DNA of 63,824 nt, counting the filler, from Parasitella parasitica NRRL 2501 (taxonomy: Eukaryota; Fungi; Mucoromycota): NCBI GenBank assembly GCA_025201805.1. It is 6 parts of 6 records of this genome, joined end to end, with 100 filler letters (N's around TTAATTAATTAA, not from the genome) between each part and the next. Parts side by side here need not be neighbours in the genome. Positions count along the whole stretch, not along the records: positions 9,195 to 26,802 come from MU619339.1; 5 more parts are not named here. One strand, 5' to 3'. Numbering within the stretch: position 1 is the stretch's first letter; each line of letters begins with the position of its first letter. The notes below the pieces were generated by a model. The model had not been told where the DNA came from and did no database searches. It was given only the letters and a program-made list of their open reading frames with translations. Made by a program: the position numbers and the translations under genes. Below are positions 12,662 to 26,147 of the stretch, piece after piece.

Positions 12662-12875
12662 TGTTATGTCAATAACATGGCAAGGTCTCACATCAGGATC
12701 TAAGATCAGTCCCAGAGCCTTCTTACAGTAAATCATGAGTAGTCATGATTTACATTATGCAGTTAGACAGTAAAACCCTAGTGTAATGAATGTGTATATA
12801 ATACATCGAGAGATGTATTATGAATAAAAGTGTAATTCTTTGGCAGATTTGTTTTATCAGACTTTTGACATAACA
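12662..12875 (+). mobile_element. LTR family A copy, no TSD
   Basis: Near-identical to 2963-3173. Flanks GCAGG/TCGTT differ. Confidence 0.85.
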
Positions 12876-13959
12876 TCGTTTACAAATGCGTCAGAAACAT
12901 CAATACTAGAATACCATACTTGATTAAGTAAAATCAAATATAGAAAAACTTGGCTGACAGTTACGGCATAACTGACAGACAGAACGTTTACAACAACAAA
13001 TATAAATCGCGTAGCAATTGTCGGTTTTTGCCTATTAATTGAAGGTTGAATCTCATCTCAATTCCAATATTGACACTGACATTCAAATGGAATTGTATAA
13101 AGACTTTTAGAAACCAGGACCAGAGCAATCCTGGCTTCCTTTTCAATCTTTAATAAAGACCCTACGTTCTCCGTGATATAATCGCTTGTAGTCTCTTTAT
13201 TTAATTGTCTTTGGAAATAATCGTTATTCATATAACTCTCAGCAATGTCTAATCTTTGCACTTTGTTATCCTATTTCCAAAATAAAGGAATTAAATTGTA
13301 TCTATTGTTGTTTCTACACTTTTAACTATGCTTATATCGCTTTCTTCATTTCGTAGATTTCGTAGAAAGTGTATAAACACTCTATTTTTGAATATAATAC
13401 ACAGATCTTTACTGAATAGTTTATTGAGTTTTTCTGATAAATCATACATTACTTAAAACAGATTCTACTTTAGTTTAGATGGAAATATCTTTTTTCTATG
13501 AAACTTGTATATAACTATTAATCCACCGATAGAGATGATTCTATTAGATGATGGTCTTAGCTTTCGTTATGTTTCCCATGTCTGATCCCAGTTTTACGGT
13601 TCATTCAGCATAAGTTATGAGCCAAAATGTCTGTGAATCTAATAGTTACTGTTGTTTTAGAACTAAATGTCAAACATAACCTTAATCTTAATGTTTAATA
13701 GATTTTGATTCATGCAGGTTCACACAATGTGAATAGACGGCTTTCTTGTATCAAACAACAAAATCTTCGTTTTGTATCTGGTAAATTGGTGGCCTTTATT
13801 TAGTTTTCCCTCTTTTTGTTATCATATACGGTATCAAGCATCTTCTGTGACCTTTTCAAGACTTGGTACTATATTGATTCTGTTCACGATATAATGATAA
13901 TCTAAATGAGTCCTTCTACTATAACCTTTTTTCTCCTCTCATGAGCGCGGCTTACAGCG

Positions 13960-13964
<5 letters not shown>

Positions 13965-14015
<51 letters not shown>

Positions 14016-14028
14016 TTTTTTTTTTTTT
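13965..14028. repeat. long poly(T) tract
   Basis: About 63 T with one interrupting A. Confidence 0.9.
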
Positions 14029-14439
14029 GAATCTCTTTGATGAGATTCGCAAAAAATAACATGCTGTGTTGGAACTTGATTGCATTATGGATATATTCTT
14101 GATCCCCGTTATTGTCTTTTTTTTACCATATTTTTTCATTTTTCTTTATTTCCTAATTCATTCTTCATCATTATTTAACAAACAATTGTTGCTTTTTAAT
14201 GAATAAATTATAAATCTAAATTTAAACGTAATACCCAGACCTGAAAGTCAATTGATCTAGTGACCATAAACTAACTCGTTGCTTGAAAGTAGCATATTCA
14301 TCTATTAAAGCTTAAGGCTGAAGGATAAGCACCTAAAAATTTCAAGGATGCGTGATGAAATATTGAATCAGCAAATAGATTCATATTTTATAAACACAAA
14401 ATGTTTTCAAACACCAACAAGAGAGAATTAGCATATAGT

Positions 14440-15137
14440 TTATTCTAACATTATCGTCAGTTTTTCAATGGTTAAATGTAACTCTGTTTGTAGCACAGGC
14501 ACTTGTATATTGATGGACCAAAACAGATCCAATATGTTGGTTGGAAATGCCAAGATAGCATCATCAGTAGTGTATTGCTGCAAGTAAGTCAGTAGTTCTT
14601 TGCAAATTACTGATTCATCCTGCTTTTGCGAAACCCAGCCTTTCCTTCTCTCTTCATCCAATTCATCCAATTGTGTATCAAATTCAGTTTGTCTCTTACT
14701 AATTTCAGCTTGTCTGCTATCTTTTTGCCCTTGTTGATATGATTGCCATTGATCTTCTAGTGAATTGCATTGATCTTGTCTCCTTCGAGACAGTCTTTCA
14801 TATTCTTGATTTAAATCAAGTAGTCTAAATATTTGGTTAATTGTGAAAATGGTAGAAGCAGTATGTCAACTTCCATACAATTGATCCTTTATTGAATAGT
14901 TAGTTTCAAACGACAAAGAAAACTTCAAGTCAGTCGAGTCATACCTTTGTTTGAGGAATTCGTCCATTCTTGGTATTCTACTAAATTTAAAAAGTTAATC
15001 GATAATTATTTATATCAAAAAAGGTTTTTTGCTTCTAAACTTGCCAAGTTTGCCTCAAGTTGACTGATCTTGGCTTCGATTTTTCTTGTATATTTGTCGC
15101 TATTATGCTGTAATGTAGGTTGAGTTGTAGCCATCAT
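14440..15137 (-). CDS. hypothetical coiled-coil protein (4 exons; C-terminus weakly Bfr1-like)
   Basis: Spliced model MMATTQ...EANL|NTKNGRIPQTK|DQL|LLDLNQEYE...FPTNILDLFWSINIQVPVLQTELHLTIEKLTIMLE*. It needs a GC-AG intron and an 8-nt exon. Confidence 0.6.
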
Positions 15138-15594
15138 GCTAAACAATGAAAAAAAAAAAAGAATCAAAACGAATAAAGAGGGGTACAAATATACAAGTTT
15201 AAAATTTTAAATTGTTATACACTGTACATATGCTTTTCGCAGTTACTTACATGTTTCTCCCTACCATGGCAATGGTAAGTTTTACAAATTTATTACCAGG
15301 ACACTCAATGACGGGTACAGAAACCGTACCTTTCTCTCATCACTTGAATTATTCCTCGTACTCATTATTGCTCTGCCTATTAATCGATAGGTTAGATCAG
15401 CCATCATTGAAAGATGTACCATATTATGTATACTTCCAAAATGCGGCTATTCAAACAGAAAAGAGTCAAAACAAAACAAGCTGCGGACTTGCACAGGGCC
15501 CAACCAGACACAAGATTACCATCCTCTAACGTTTTCCTCTTTCTCTTTATTTACATAATACCTCAATCCTTTCATTTCTTTAATATCTTTTTGA

Positions 15595-16431
15595 ATGGAT
15601 GTTTACTCTTTGACTCGCAAGAAGAGGCCTTCACATCTTACATTGGGACAGCCCTCTCGGACAGAATCCGATAACGACTCTGGTTTAGATGTTTCAGTAT
15701 CCAGTAAACCAAAGTCGGACAGTACCAACAATTTTATATTTGATCAAGTTACAGGGTCACCAACAAGGGAGCATTGGAAGGTAAAATTATTGTGATCAAA
15801 TTGGAACAGTGGTTGACTTGATAAAATAGAGAGATTCTGATTCTACCGCATGTGAATATATTGGATGTCTAACCAAGTTTGGTTTTTTTGAAAGAAAGCA
15901 TCATTGTCGTAAATGTGGAGATATCTTTTGCTCGCTTCACTGCTCGAATTATTTTAGATTAGATCAGTATGCCCAATTTCATCCAAAGGGCATCTTATCA
16001 AGAGGATGTGACAAATGTGCGTTAGAGTATATTCAGTGGCAAGAACAAGTGCGGCGAAGTAATGACAAAAAGCAGCCAGTAGACAAACCTACATTAAGAA
16101 AAAGACCTGATAGTAATATCATGACACCAAAACCACAAGCAATGGAAGGCGTAACTGAACTAGGAAGAGATGGTGAATATTCTTTTGTTTTTTGTTTTGT
16201 TTTGTTTGTTTTAGAATTCACATTAAAACGTTTGTATCATGGTAGATATTGTTGCACCACGGAAACCAATACAATCGAAAGGGGTGACCATCAGCATCAA
16301 AAAAGATAATCAAGGTAAAAATAAACAATTTATATATGTATTAGACTGATAATGAATGGCTGTGCTAAACATCAGGTGCATTCAATCCTATTCCATCTGT
16401 TCCTGCTGATTGGCAATGGTCGACATTCTAA
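15595..16431 (+). CDS. PIB2: Pib2-like FYVE-domain protein (4 exons)
   Basis: W..D...C...C..KFGFFERKHHCRKCGDIFC..HC...RGCDKC FYVE motif. The C-terminal tail [11 protein letters not shown] resembles the Pib2 tail motif. Confidence 0.8.
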
Positions 16432-17226
16432 GATTTATCAGCAATGGGATTAGCATGAACTGTAATAGAGTTAATTTTGATTTCTTGGAGGGGCCTGTTC
16501 TTTTCATCAATCGGGATTTTTTCCATGGCATCCAGCGTCGAATCTGCGCCATCAATAACTCTATACATTATAGATATGAGTGAATCTGCTTTATACATAT
16601 ACAAAAGCTGTATTAATTATTGGATAATAAAACTTACTTCCCAAACACTGTATATTTCGTATCTAAATGTGGATGTTTTGCGTAGGTGATGAAAAATTGC
16701 GACCCGTTTGTGTTGGGACCTGAATTGGCCATAGATAAGATGCCTCGGGCGTTGTGCTATTTGGAAATATTTAATTTCCATGATTTATCACAGTAACTCA
16801 ATGCAATACCTTGAGTGTGGATCTGATTTCATCATTGAATTTTCTGCCCCAAATCGAGTTGCCTCCTTTACCAGTGCCAGTAGGATCTCCAGTCTAATCA
16901 TGTCAATTTTTTGTTTTTCAATTGAAATGTTGTATATGATATAAAAATGTACCTGAATCATGAAACCCGGAACGTTTCTGTGAAAAGTATTATTATTGTA
17001 ATAGTCACTTGCACACAACGCAAGAAAGTTCTGTTGTAAACCATGAGTCTACTTTGTGTAGGTTTTCGTTTTGCATCAATTTCTAACCTCTGCTGTTTTT
17101 GGCACAGATTCGCAGAAGACCTCTATTTTCAAATCCCCAAGATTGGTATGTAAAGTGACAGACTATTTTAAAGCTAAGTTTATGCGAAGCTAATGAATTT
17201 TGTGATATCAGAAATATGCTTACCAT
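16428..17226 (-). CDS. PPIL3: cyclophilin-type peptidyl-prolyl isomerase PPIL3/Cyp10 (first coding exon is ATG only)
   Basis: M|[25 protein letters not shown]|[22 protein letters not shown]|[11 protein letters not shown]..|..[28 protein letters not shown]|VIDG...[11 protein letters not shown]. Confidence 0.93.
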
Positions 17227-17963
17227 TATTCAGTAAGGACAAGGAAAAAAGATAAACGTGCCAATGTTTGCATTTGAAAAAAAAAAAAAAAGATTTTCTG
17301 CGCTATTCAAAATGAACTTTTCAAAGAGTATACCATGCTAAACAGTCATCAGTAACTATGTACCGTACTTTGGTCTAAAGCAGGATATAGCTATAGTATA
17401 AAACATTTGGCTCAAAGTAAGTTTCTGCATTGATTCCCTGTTGTTTTAACACATATCAAACAAGACCTCAATTGCAAGGGTTGCTAACAAAAGATAGCAT
17501 TCTTTTGATTCGTCCACTGTATACGGTATTGGAGAATGTTATAGGCTGGCAATCTATCCCTAAAGATGTTATTTTATTTTAGATAAGCTGCCTAGATAAA
17601 ATTACTAGCAGCATATGGCTAAATCAGCATCTTGAGTTATATTGTTTGGTGGCTACAAAAGCCAATATTTGCCAACATCTTGTGGACTTTTGATGATATA
17701 CAGACAGAAATTTGTACAAAAATGTAAAATCTGCATAAATAATCAATCTCGATTGAATCATCTTGACTGCAGTATACGCCATAGAGTATTGCTTATACGG
17801 TATTACTGCTCTATTACATATTGCATATTTATTCTGTTGTATTTAGTACTTTCTTGACATGCAACATACAAGCCTATCCCGTGTCAAGTCATCAAGTACC
17901 AGAAATAAGAGACAATTCAAGGCAACAATTACATTTCAAATAAAATTCAAAACCACACTCGAA

Positions 17964-19105
17964 TTATATGAACAATGGCAACAATACTATCCAAATAAAT
18001 GTTGACAGTATTGTAAATACACAATGGGAAAGGAGATCGTTTACGCTAATCAGTGTTGTGCCAGAAGTTGAAGTAGCTTTAGTTTTTTCGAATGGATTAA
18101 ACAGTATATCATCGGTTGTATTGTTATTGTTTCCAGCATCAGCTTGCTGATTTCCATTCTGTAGAGCTTTTGTTATCTCTACATGTCAAATACTTAGTAT
18201 GATTTAGGCCATATCCTTCGAACAAACTTACTTTGGATATCACAAGAAACTTTAGAGTTCGAGCATGTTGGAGCATTGTTAATGTCTGACGAGTTGAAGA
18301 AGAATGTCATGTTTTTGATGTTTATACTAGCATTTTCTTTAGCTGGACCTTGACTAAAGTTTGCGTTTCCGTCTGTCCAGTGATTAAACATGACTCTACT
18401 TGGTAGATTCAAGACGTTTGTTGTCATACGATAGGATTCCACACCATCCACATAAAATACAGTCAAGTTGGGAAACCAGTCAAAGCGATATTCATGATAG
18501 TCGTTTGCAGGATCAAAACCTAGTATTGAATTACCGTGCGTCAATGCAGAAGCCTTTCCGTTTTCCACTATCCCTGGATGCATAGCAAAGTAGGCTTGTG
18601 AGGGCGTTACAGAACTAAGCAATTCGATGTCGATTTCACCTTGGCTATTATATAAAAACATGCCAGCCACCGTACCATTTACTTTAGTGGCTCTCATGTA
18701 GCTCTTGAACGAACCATACATGAAGTCTTGTCGATTTGTGCCCACGCCGCCACATTGGATTCTGTCTGCTGGCTTTTCTTTGCTTGGATCTACCGTAACC
18801 CTCACTTCCAACGACTCATCGTGCACCAATATATTTTCTTTTCGAAATACTCGAGGGTACGAATCGTTAAATTTGGCTTCAATGACATAATTTGAGAAAA
18901 ATAGTTCCTTCAAAGAATAAAGCTGCTGCTGTTGCAATGTTGCAGTAGATCCATCATTTTTTTCGAAATTCATATGCCACATTTCAGACCATGTCGCTAA
19001 TGTAGTTGGGTCTGAATAGCCACAATCGCACTGTGTAAATGTTGACATCTGTGCTGCCAATGCTGAATAGATATATACTAGTATAATGAAACCGAGCATA
19101 TTCAT
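17964..19105 (-). CDS. secreted GH16 glycoside hydrolase/transglycosylase, probably GPI- or membrane-anchored
   Basis: Signal peptide, EIDIE catalytic motif, YHEYRFDW and FYVDG. Intron about 18179-18231. Second exon ends in a hydrophobic tail. Confidence 0.88.
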
Positions 19106-20401
19106 AGATTATTGTAAGAGGAAAAGCAGAACAGTTTGATGGTAATCCTCATGGTTTTATATATATATATCCGAGTTGATTTAATTCTATGAACTTTTCA
19201 TGATTTTTTACAGTGCAGAAAACAAAGCACGTTTTTAAAATTACTATCAGAACTAGCCCTCAACAATGTGGAGGGTCTATTAAAAATGAATATCCATTCA
19301 TATGCGTAGATAATGGAGTTTGTATCAGCATTTCATCGCATATGCTTATGACAACGTCTATTACAGAGGGTAATACAATTAAGAAGCTGTATTCGCACGA
19401 ATGGGGCATATTGGAATAGAAAATAAAATCATGTATGTAAAAGAATTGATGAGTTAAATCTCAAAGAAATGACGAGCCAGAGTCATTAAAACGAATATAC
19501 TCTTGTTATATTATCGACGAGGAAAAAGCGGCTGATGGATAGATAATAGCACATCATCTTCAATATTGTTAGAACTTGCAATTGTTTGTTTAGTGTGCTA
19601 AAAAAAACACACAAAGCTGAAAAGTCAAATAAACTTATTTTACTCAATATCAAAGAAGAAAAGTAAATGAATGGCGATCATGTCAACATAAAAGATGACA
19701 AAAATATTCGGGATGAATCATAGTTTTCTTGCACATACTGCCAAGCTGCATATCAACTACAGTTACTAATGCGACAAGGGAAATCAACTAATACCGAATC
19801 TCAAATTTATTCCAACTCATCGCAAGTCAATTCATAACACATTATACAAGTCAACCGCTTTAAAGCACAAAGGATTGGAACCAGATTTGCACGATGCAAA
19901 TCATTATTGCATGGATTTTTTTTTTTTTTTTTTTTTGTGCCTCAGCTGTATTTGCTAAAGAATTTCAGGGCATCTAAATGCCAACCTTTGTTTATTCGAA
20001 TTTTTAGGAATTACATTTTAATAAATCAAATTTAGCATATTGTACTTTCTTTGTGTATAGCTTTTGCTCTATTCATCTAGTACAGTATCCAAGTTTATCA
20101 AGTATGACTCGACATGAAGATGTGCAGGAGCAGCAAATAAAATTATATATTAATTTTGTATCATGATTTTTTACTATTTAGTGTCCAAGTTGTAAACTCA
20201 GGTGCATGGAGATAAATGCAATGTCAACCACATGAAACCACCCTATTGCTGCTGGCTCAAGAAGAATATGTGCGTGAATAATTTAAAAATTGCGTTTTCT
20301 GTGTACGGCTGTATGATATTACGTATACGTATTTCGTCTCGGTTTGGTGTGTTATATTTATAGGTTCAGAAAAATAGTATTAAAAAAAAAATCACATAAA
20401 T

Positions 20402-22261
20402 CTATCGTCGTTGTTGTGATGAGGATATTTGAGCCGCTTGTCTCCTTGCCGCTGTACCTCCCTACGTAAAATCAGTCAAATTACACTCAGGAATGCATCC
20501 AAAAAGTCTTACCTTCATGTTCAGAAACTCTGATTCCAATTCCTCCTCTTCTGCTGTCGAGGGTTGCGCATGGATGTTATGTGGAGTAGCTTGTCGCTCT
20601 ATGCGGTATATGGGGTATTAATGTCTGGATGCGCGTCTAAGCTAGTCAATTATACCTCTTTTACGTCTTTCTTGACGGGACGGCGATGCACTGTTATGTC
20701 TATCAAATTGAGTTCTCTTTCGTAGATTGCGTTTAGTATTCATTCGAGCATAGGCGTCTTTGAATAGGTCCTGCACGTCGAATTCGTAATCTTCTTTATC
20801 TTCTTTTACTTGCTTTTTCCTGTCTTCAATTGCTTGCAAAACAAGGTCATGTAAATTGTGTCGTTCGGTCTATACTTGAAAAAGTTGATCAACGCTGCAA
20901 ATCGAAATGCAAGTCTATTTACCTCGAATTCATTTCGTATTAAATATATTTCTTGGTCATACTGATGCTTAGTCAACGATAACTCGTAATTTTTATAGAA
21001 CTCTGCATGATAAATCGTCTGTTCGCGGCGTGTTTCAATATCTGTCATTGTTTCTGTAAATGCTGAATGCGTGCCTTTAAAGTGCAGATTAGTTAATTGA
21101 TCTGTGGCTTCTTGTCCCCAGATACGATTACCTTCTTGAATCGTCCGAATCTCTTCTTGTAGCGATTGCAATTTCTCCCGATAGACTCTACACATAAGGT
21201 GGTATAAGTACAAATGGCTATAAACTCTGCTATGCATAATGCCTTTCTTACTCGTCACATTGCTCCCAAAATTCGCTGTCCATCCATGTCATTAGATCAT
21301 TGAATTCCCGGATTCGGCGTAACATCTTGTTTTCTTCTATTCGTTCTTGAAGCATTTCAATGACGTGTTTACAAACTAGAGGCCAATATATCTTACCTTG
21401 CCAATGATGATGTTGCTGGCCGTGGGATTGATCTTCGTATATATAATCATCGTGCTGCTGCAATTTTGCTTGGGATTGGGAAGGCAGTGGCGGTTGTACA
21501 ACAGATTTGGTGCTACCATGATGGACGGTTGGTGGTGTCGGTATAGTATGATTAGTATTGGAGTTAGTAATGTTAGCATGATGATGGGCTTGAGAAGGAG
21601 GAGCAGGAACAGAAAGGGGAGGGCCCTGTTGCTGTGGTTGTTGTGGCGGCGGTGGATATTGCTGGTAGGATTGAACAGACCCCGCTGGTGGTGGGGGAAG
21701 CGTAGAAGGAGGAGGCGGAGGGACATGAAGGTGTGATGGAGGCGTTTGCATCATTGAGTAAGATGGCGCCTGAGGTTGCTGATGAGGCTGTTGCCAAGTA
21801 GACGAATGGTATGCGTCCATATAACTTCCGTCTTGCCAACTAGAGGGAGGATGGGGTGGTGGCGGTGGCAATGGCTGTAGTGATCTATATTGGTCATTGC
21901 GTGCATCGAATGGTGGTTGATATCTATTACTGTAGTATTCATCCCTAGTCATAGGTGGTGGTGGGCCAGATGAATACATGTAGGGCAAAGGTGGTGGTGG
22001 TGGTAACATGCTATGAGTACTACTACTGTTACTAGCGGGTGGGGATGGTCGCGTATAATAATAGTCTCCTTGCGATTGTGGATGCTGATTCGGTTGCTGT
22101 GAATTTGAGGGAGGAGGGGGAATATACGGCTTGGTCAATTGTGGAGTAGGTGCTGCTGACGATGATGTGGATGATGTCGCTGGTGGTGTGTTATTATTAG
22201 GTGTAGGTGGATGCGAATCTGCACCGGCCTGTGCAACAATAAAGCCAAACTGAGGCAACAT
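20402..22261 (-). CDS. Sds3-like (Sin3/Rpd3L HDAC complex) protein with Pro/Gln-rich N-terminus
   Basis: ..DSEFWEQCDE|VYREKLQSLQEEIRTIQE|GTHSAFTE...RREQTI..AE....L...QY..E...EFE Sds3 coiled-coil pattern. Multiple GT-AG introns. Confidence 0.78.
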
Positions 22262-23274
22262 TTGGTTCTGTAAGATTTCTTACTTTTAAATTTATAGCGT
22301 CTAAACTCGTATTCTCTCTGTGGATTTGCGTGCAATGTATAAACAAATATCTATCGATTTCCGCAGGAAACAAAGAAATAATTGCTGTTTTTTTTTGCCG
22401 TAAAACAAGAGAAATCAAAAAGAAAAAGAGAAGGAGAAAGAAAGAAAAGGATTGGATAGAAAAAAAGATGTGAGGAAAGAGAAAAAGGGAACTGCACAGA
22501 GCAATTATTAAAAAGTGGAGATTTTTTTTTTTCGTTCAAATATCATTGGAAGACAGGAAACAACATCCAAATAGCTGACATTAATTTCAAGCGATGAAGA
22601 CGATACCTATTGTGTAGTATGTATCTGGTTTCCGGGATTTGTAATAGCCAAAAATTGCTTTTGCTCTCTCCAGCCAACTTGCGTCAAGAGATATACGCAC
22701 AGGCATTCAGTAACCATGGATACTCGTCTGTCAGATTAGGTCCGCAATTTACAAGTCGCCTGGGACACTTTTCTGTTCAATTGCCATGCTTGGCATGCTG
22801 TTACTCATGTACGACTGTTGCTACTGTCGCTGCCCTAAGCTTTATATGTGTGCAACCTGAAAAAATGGGAAAAATTAAGGCCAAGTTGACCAATGCAAGA
22901 TGCTTTGGCCTCGATAAGCTCATCAAATCTTTCTCTAATTAGCTGGCATGATGCAGATATGCGAATACTATTTTGTTATCAAGTATGCTCTCTGCATTTG
23001 CAAAAAGATCAGACCAAACTACTCTCATGTATCTGGCATTACCATTAGAGTCTTGCATCTTTGTAAACAATGAGATGCAGCTTCTTGGTGCAGCACTGTT
23101 ACGCTTTGGTACGTACAAGTAGCATGTTTATTGATAATTTAGTCATTAGATATCATGATTAATTTGCAATGGTTTTACTACTACCGCGATTCTGTTGACT
23201 CCCATTATCAGAATGTACAATAAACCCATCACCGTATTTACATTTTTTTTTTTTTTTTTTTTGCAAGTGGCAAT

Positions 23275-24088
23275 TTATTCATCTGCTGCAGTAGAAGGAG
23301 CATAAATGTGTTTACCTCTTTGCTGGAAGCTTGTCATGCCTCTGCCGCTGCCAATTACGCCCACTGCCGTGAATAGATTAGTATCCATCATAAAAAAAAA
23401 TGCTCTCGACTAGGTACATACCTTTTCCATCGGGATTGTCAGGAGTCTTGAAGATGCTCTTTTTATTAATCACAGGCGTAGCCTTCTTTTTTTTACTGCT
23501 TCCGGTCGCGAAATTCAGCCAGGCGTTCTTTTTGCTTTCAAACTCTGCGGCCTTCTTCTTTTTCACTCCTGTAGGCGCAGCTGCTGATGATGCTCCTGCT
23601 GATGCTGAAGAGGATGATGTTGACAAAGCTGTAGTATCTTTCTTTTTCTTTTTGGGTTCACCTACATTTTCAAACACACCAGTTCTTTTCTTGGACTGAA
23701 TTGGCTTGATATCTTCAGCTCTGACAAACTCTGCTTCAGAATATCCTTTAAATTTCACTGAAAAAACTTGATCAGCACCACCAATGGCTGTAATAGTTGC
23801 TTTATAAAACTCTCCATCTCCCGACCAGCGAGCCATTACCTCTTGATCCACTGAAAACTCATGCGTCTTGAGCGCTGTCGCAGTATTGTTGGTTCCTGGT
23901 GTGTGCTGGTGTGTGTAAGTCTCTTTCCTCTTTGGCGACGTAGGTTCAGCAGCTGCTTCGAACATTGTAATCAGCTCTTGCAAGTCGTGCTGGAGCTTCT
24001 TCAGCTCTTCATTTTCAGAGTCTGACTGTAGCGCAAGCTCTACTTGCTCCAATTGAAACTTGTAAGATTCAATTTCTTCGGCACTCAT
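23275..24088 (-). CDS. SPF30: splicing factor SPF30/SMNDC1 (Tudor domain)
   Basis: YKFQLEQVELAL..D.ENEEL.KL..DL.ELI; Tudor ARWSGDGEFYKATI; KNAWLNF; KKSIFKTPD..GK|VGVIGSGRGMT.FQQRGKH. Confidence 0.92.
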
Positions 24089-24273
24089 TTGTGGTTTTGT
24101 GTATGTAATTGATGAAAAAAAGTTCTTTACGTGTCCATAGAAAAAGCACGTCCTTAAATAACATCAGACGATGTCATCAAAATTTGCTGATCGTCCTCAT
24201 CCCTAACACCAAAAGCAGTTAAACTACCACTGCCTGATCCAGATGTTTAGGGACTATAGATTTATTATGCTAG

Positions 24274-26147
24274 TTAATGATGATAGACAATAGGACATTC
24301 ACGGGTTCTATCCTTGGAGACGGACAAGAAACGAGCAAATTCTGGAGTAGTTATGCCACTGCAAGCCATCTCTTTCAACTTTTCCTTCTCTTTGGTGACC
24401 ACACACTTGTCAGCATATTCCAATGCAACCAGCAGATCATCAAAGCTAGTTGAATACGGCATCAATTCAGTGGCATCTCTTGGTAATGTCAAAGAGCAAA
24501 TTTCCATCATGACATAAAACCCATCAGCAATTAACGTGGTGATGAAAAACGTCACTTGCAAGCCAACGATTTGGATACCAATGACACCATCATACAGGTT
24601 TTGGTTGATTGCGGTAACAGAGATAAACCCAATGCGAATAAGGTCCTTGATGCATATATGTTTGTCGTCCTTGACGTCTTCGCCCTTGACTTCACCAACA
24701 ATTGTCGCACTAATCCAGTTGCTATTCTTCAAATGTTTGCATGCCAAGTCTGGCTGTTTGGCACTTTCATCCACCACCTTTGTATTTAGCCTGATTTTCA
24801 AAACTTGATTGATCATGTTTCGTGCTTCCAACTTTCACAAATACAAACATACCAGAATAAATGCTTTTTTTGATCGGGTATGGAGAACATGGGCGATAAT
24901 ATTGCATCAGCGTACACGTTAGAAACTACATTTTCACGCACTGCACCATTGAATTTCGTGATTGGAATCTTTCTGACAAGATTTTGAAGACCAACAATCA
25001 CAGCATCAGCAGGTTCAAATGTGGTCGCATCTGACTCCAGCTTTCCAATTAGCTTTGCTGCCTGTTTTGAATTGATTTCTGTTTTCTTCAGCTTCTATAT
25101 TTTCATGATACGAGGCTCTATGAGACATGGTTGTACTGTAAGCCTATGCATAGCCCTACTTACTTTTAAATTCCTTTCAATATTCACTTTTTTCTCTTGG
25201 TCGAATCCCTTGTCTTCAATTGCAAACTTTGCAGCCACGTCCTTTTGCATGTCTTTGATAGTCTCCTCTGAGAAATGCTTTGTCAACATATTGCTGTGTT
25301 GTCCGGATTTGAGCAGTAGGATGTTGTTGACAGCGAGCAATTCATGTGGATTGCTCTCCACTAAAAGACCCCCAGATGCATTTAACTGAGCAATATCACG
25401 TTGGTACTTGCGAAAGATGCTGCCAATGTTGACTTGATTCAATACATAGGGATTCTTCAATTCAATGTTAAAATCAGACACTTCCAGGCCTTCGATTTGA
25501 GTTGGCACGTCGGGTAGTTGCAATTTGTCATTTGCTGAAGATGGGCTAGGATTGAATAAGGCTCTGCAATACCGTAGTTAGTGATCGGAATACTGGTGAA
25601 CGCACTACTTTAAAATGTGAGCCTTACTCGATTTCATTTTGATTAGTAGAAGACACATTCGTTGCTGCAGAGCTCTTTTGCTTCTTCTTGGTTTTGACTG
25701 ATATCGACTACAAGAAAGATGAATAGGAACACATGCCCACAAAACGTCTGCAAGTGCTTACCTCGTCTGATCCACGCTTGTTGCTAATACTTACATTTCC
25801 CATGTGGTTGTTGATCACACCACTGCTATTCTGCTGATTGAAGATGTTTTGGGCTCTACCACTATCATCAGCGCGCAATTCGGTTTTCTTTTTCTACGAC
25901 AGAAAAGAAGCAGCTTTAAAACCAATGCAATATAGCACGGTTGAAATAGTGTACTTGCATCCAAATTAACAATGAAATTCTCCAATTTGCGTTTCAGGTT
26001 GATGCCAATATTTTTCGAATTCTTTAAACTCGTGATGTCTTTTTTCATCTCATCTTTTATTTCATTAGCATTATAAAGCTGTGAATATTCGTTAAAGGCT
26101 TTTTTGACATCCCACTCATTGGAAGGCGTCTTGATAAAATAATTCAT
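24274..26147 (-). CDS. PD-(D/E)xK restriction-endonuclease-fold protein (Mucorales expanded, Crinkler-REase-like family), multi-exon
   Basis: QPD(x)n GEVK..D...KDLIRIG...GIQIVG..VTFF...GFYVMMEI..L.LP. N-terminus MNYFIKTPSNEW. Confidence 0.65.

Noticed and set aside
13939-14139. Poly-Lys ORF
   Set aside because: Produced by a homopolymer tract.
16428-17226. Cyclophilin as a functional partner of the Fanzor (cyclophilin co-purifies with some Fanzor1 RNPs)
   Set aside because: It is a housekeeping PPIL3 more than 40 kb away in a host gene block; there is no evidence of linkage.
21376-21942. Overlapping alternative ORFs in the Pro/Gln-rich exon, and similar short antisense ORFs throughout
   Set aside because: Shadow frames of real genes with low-complexity codon usage.
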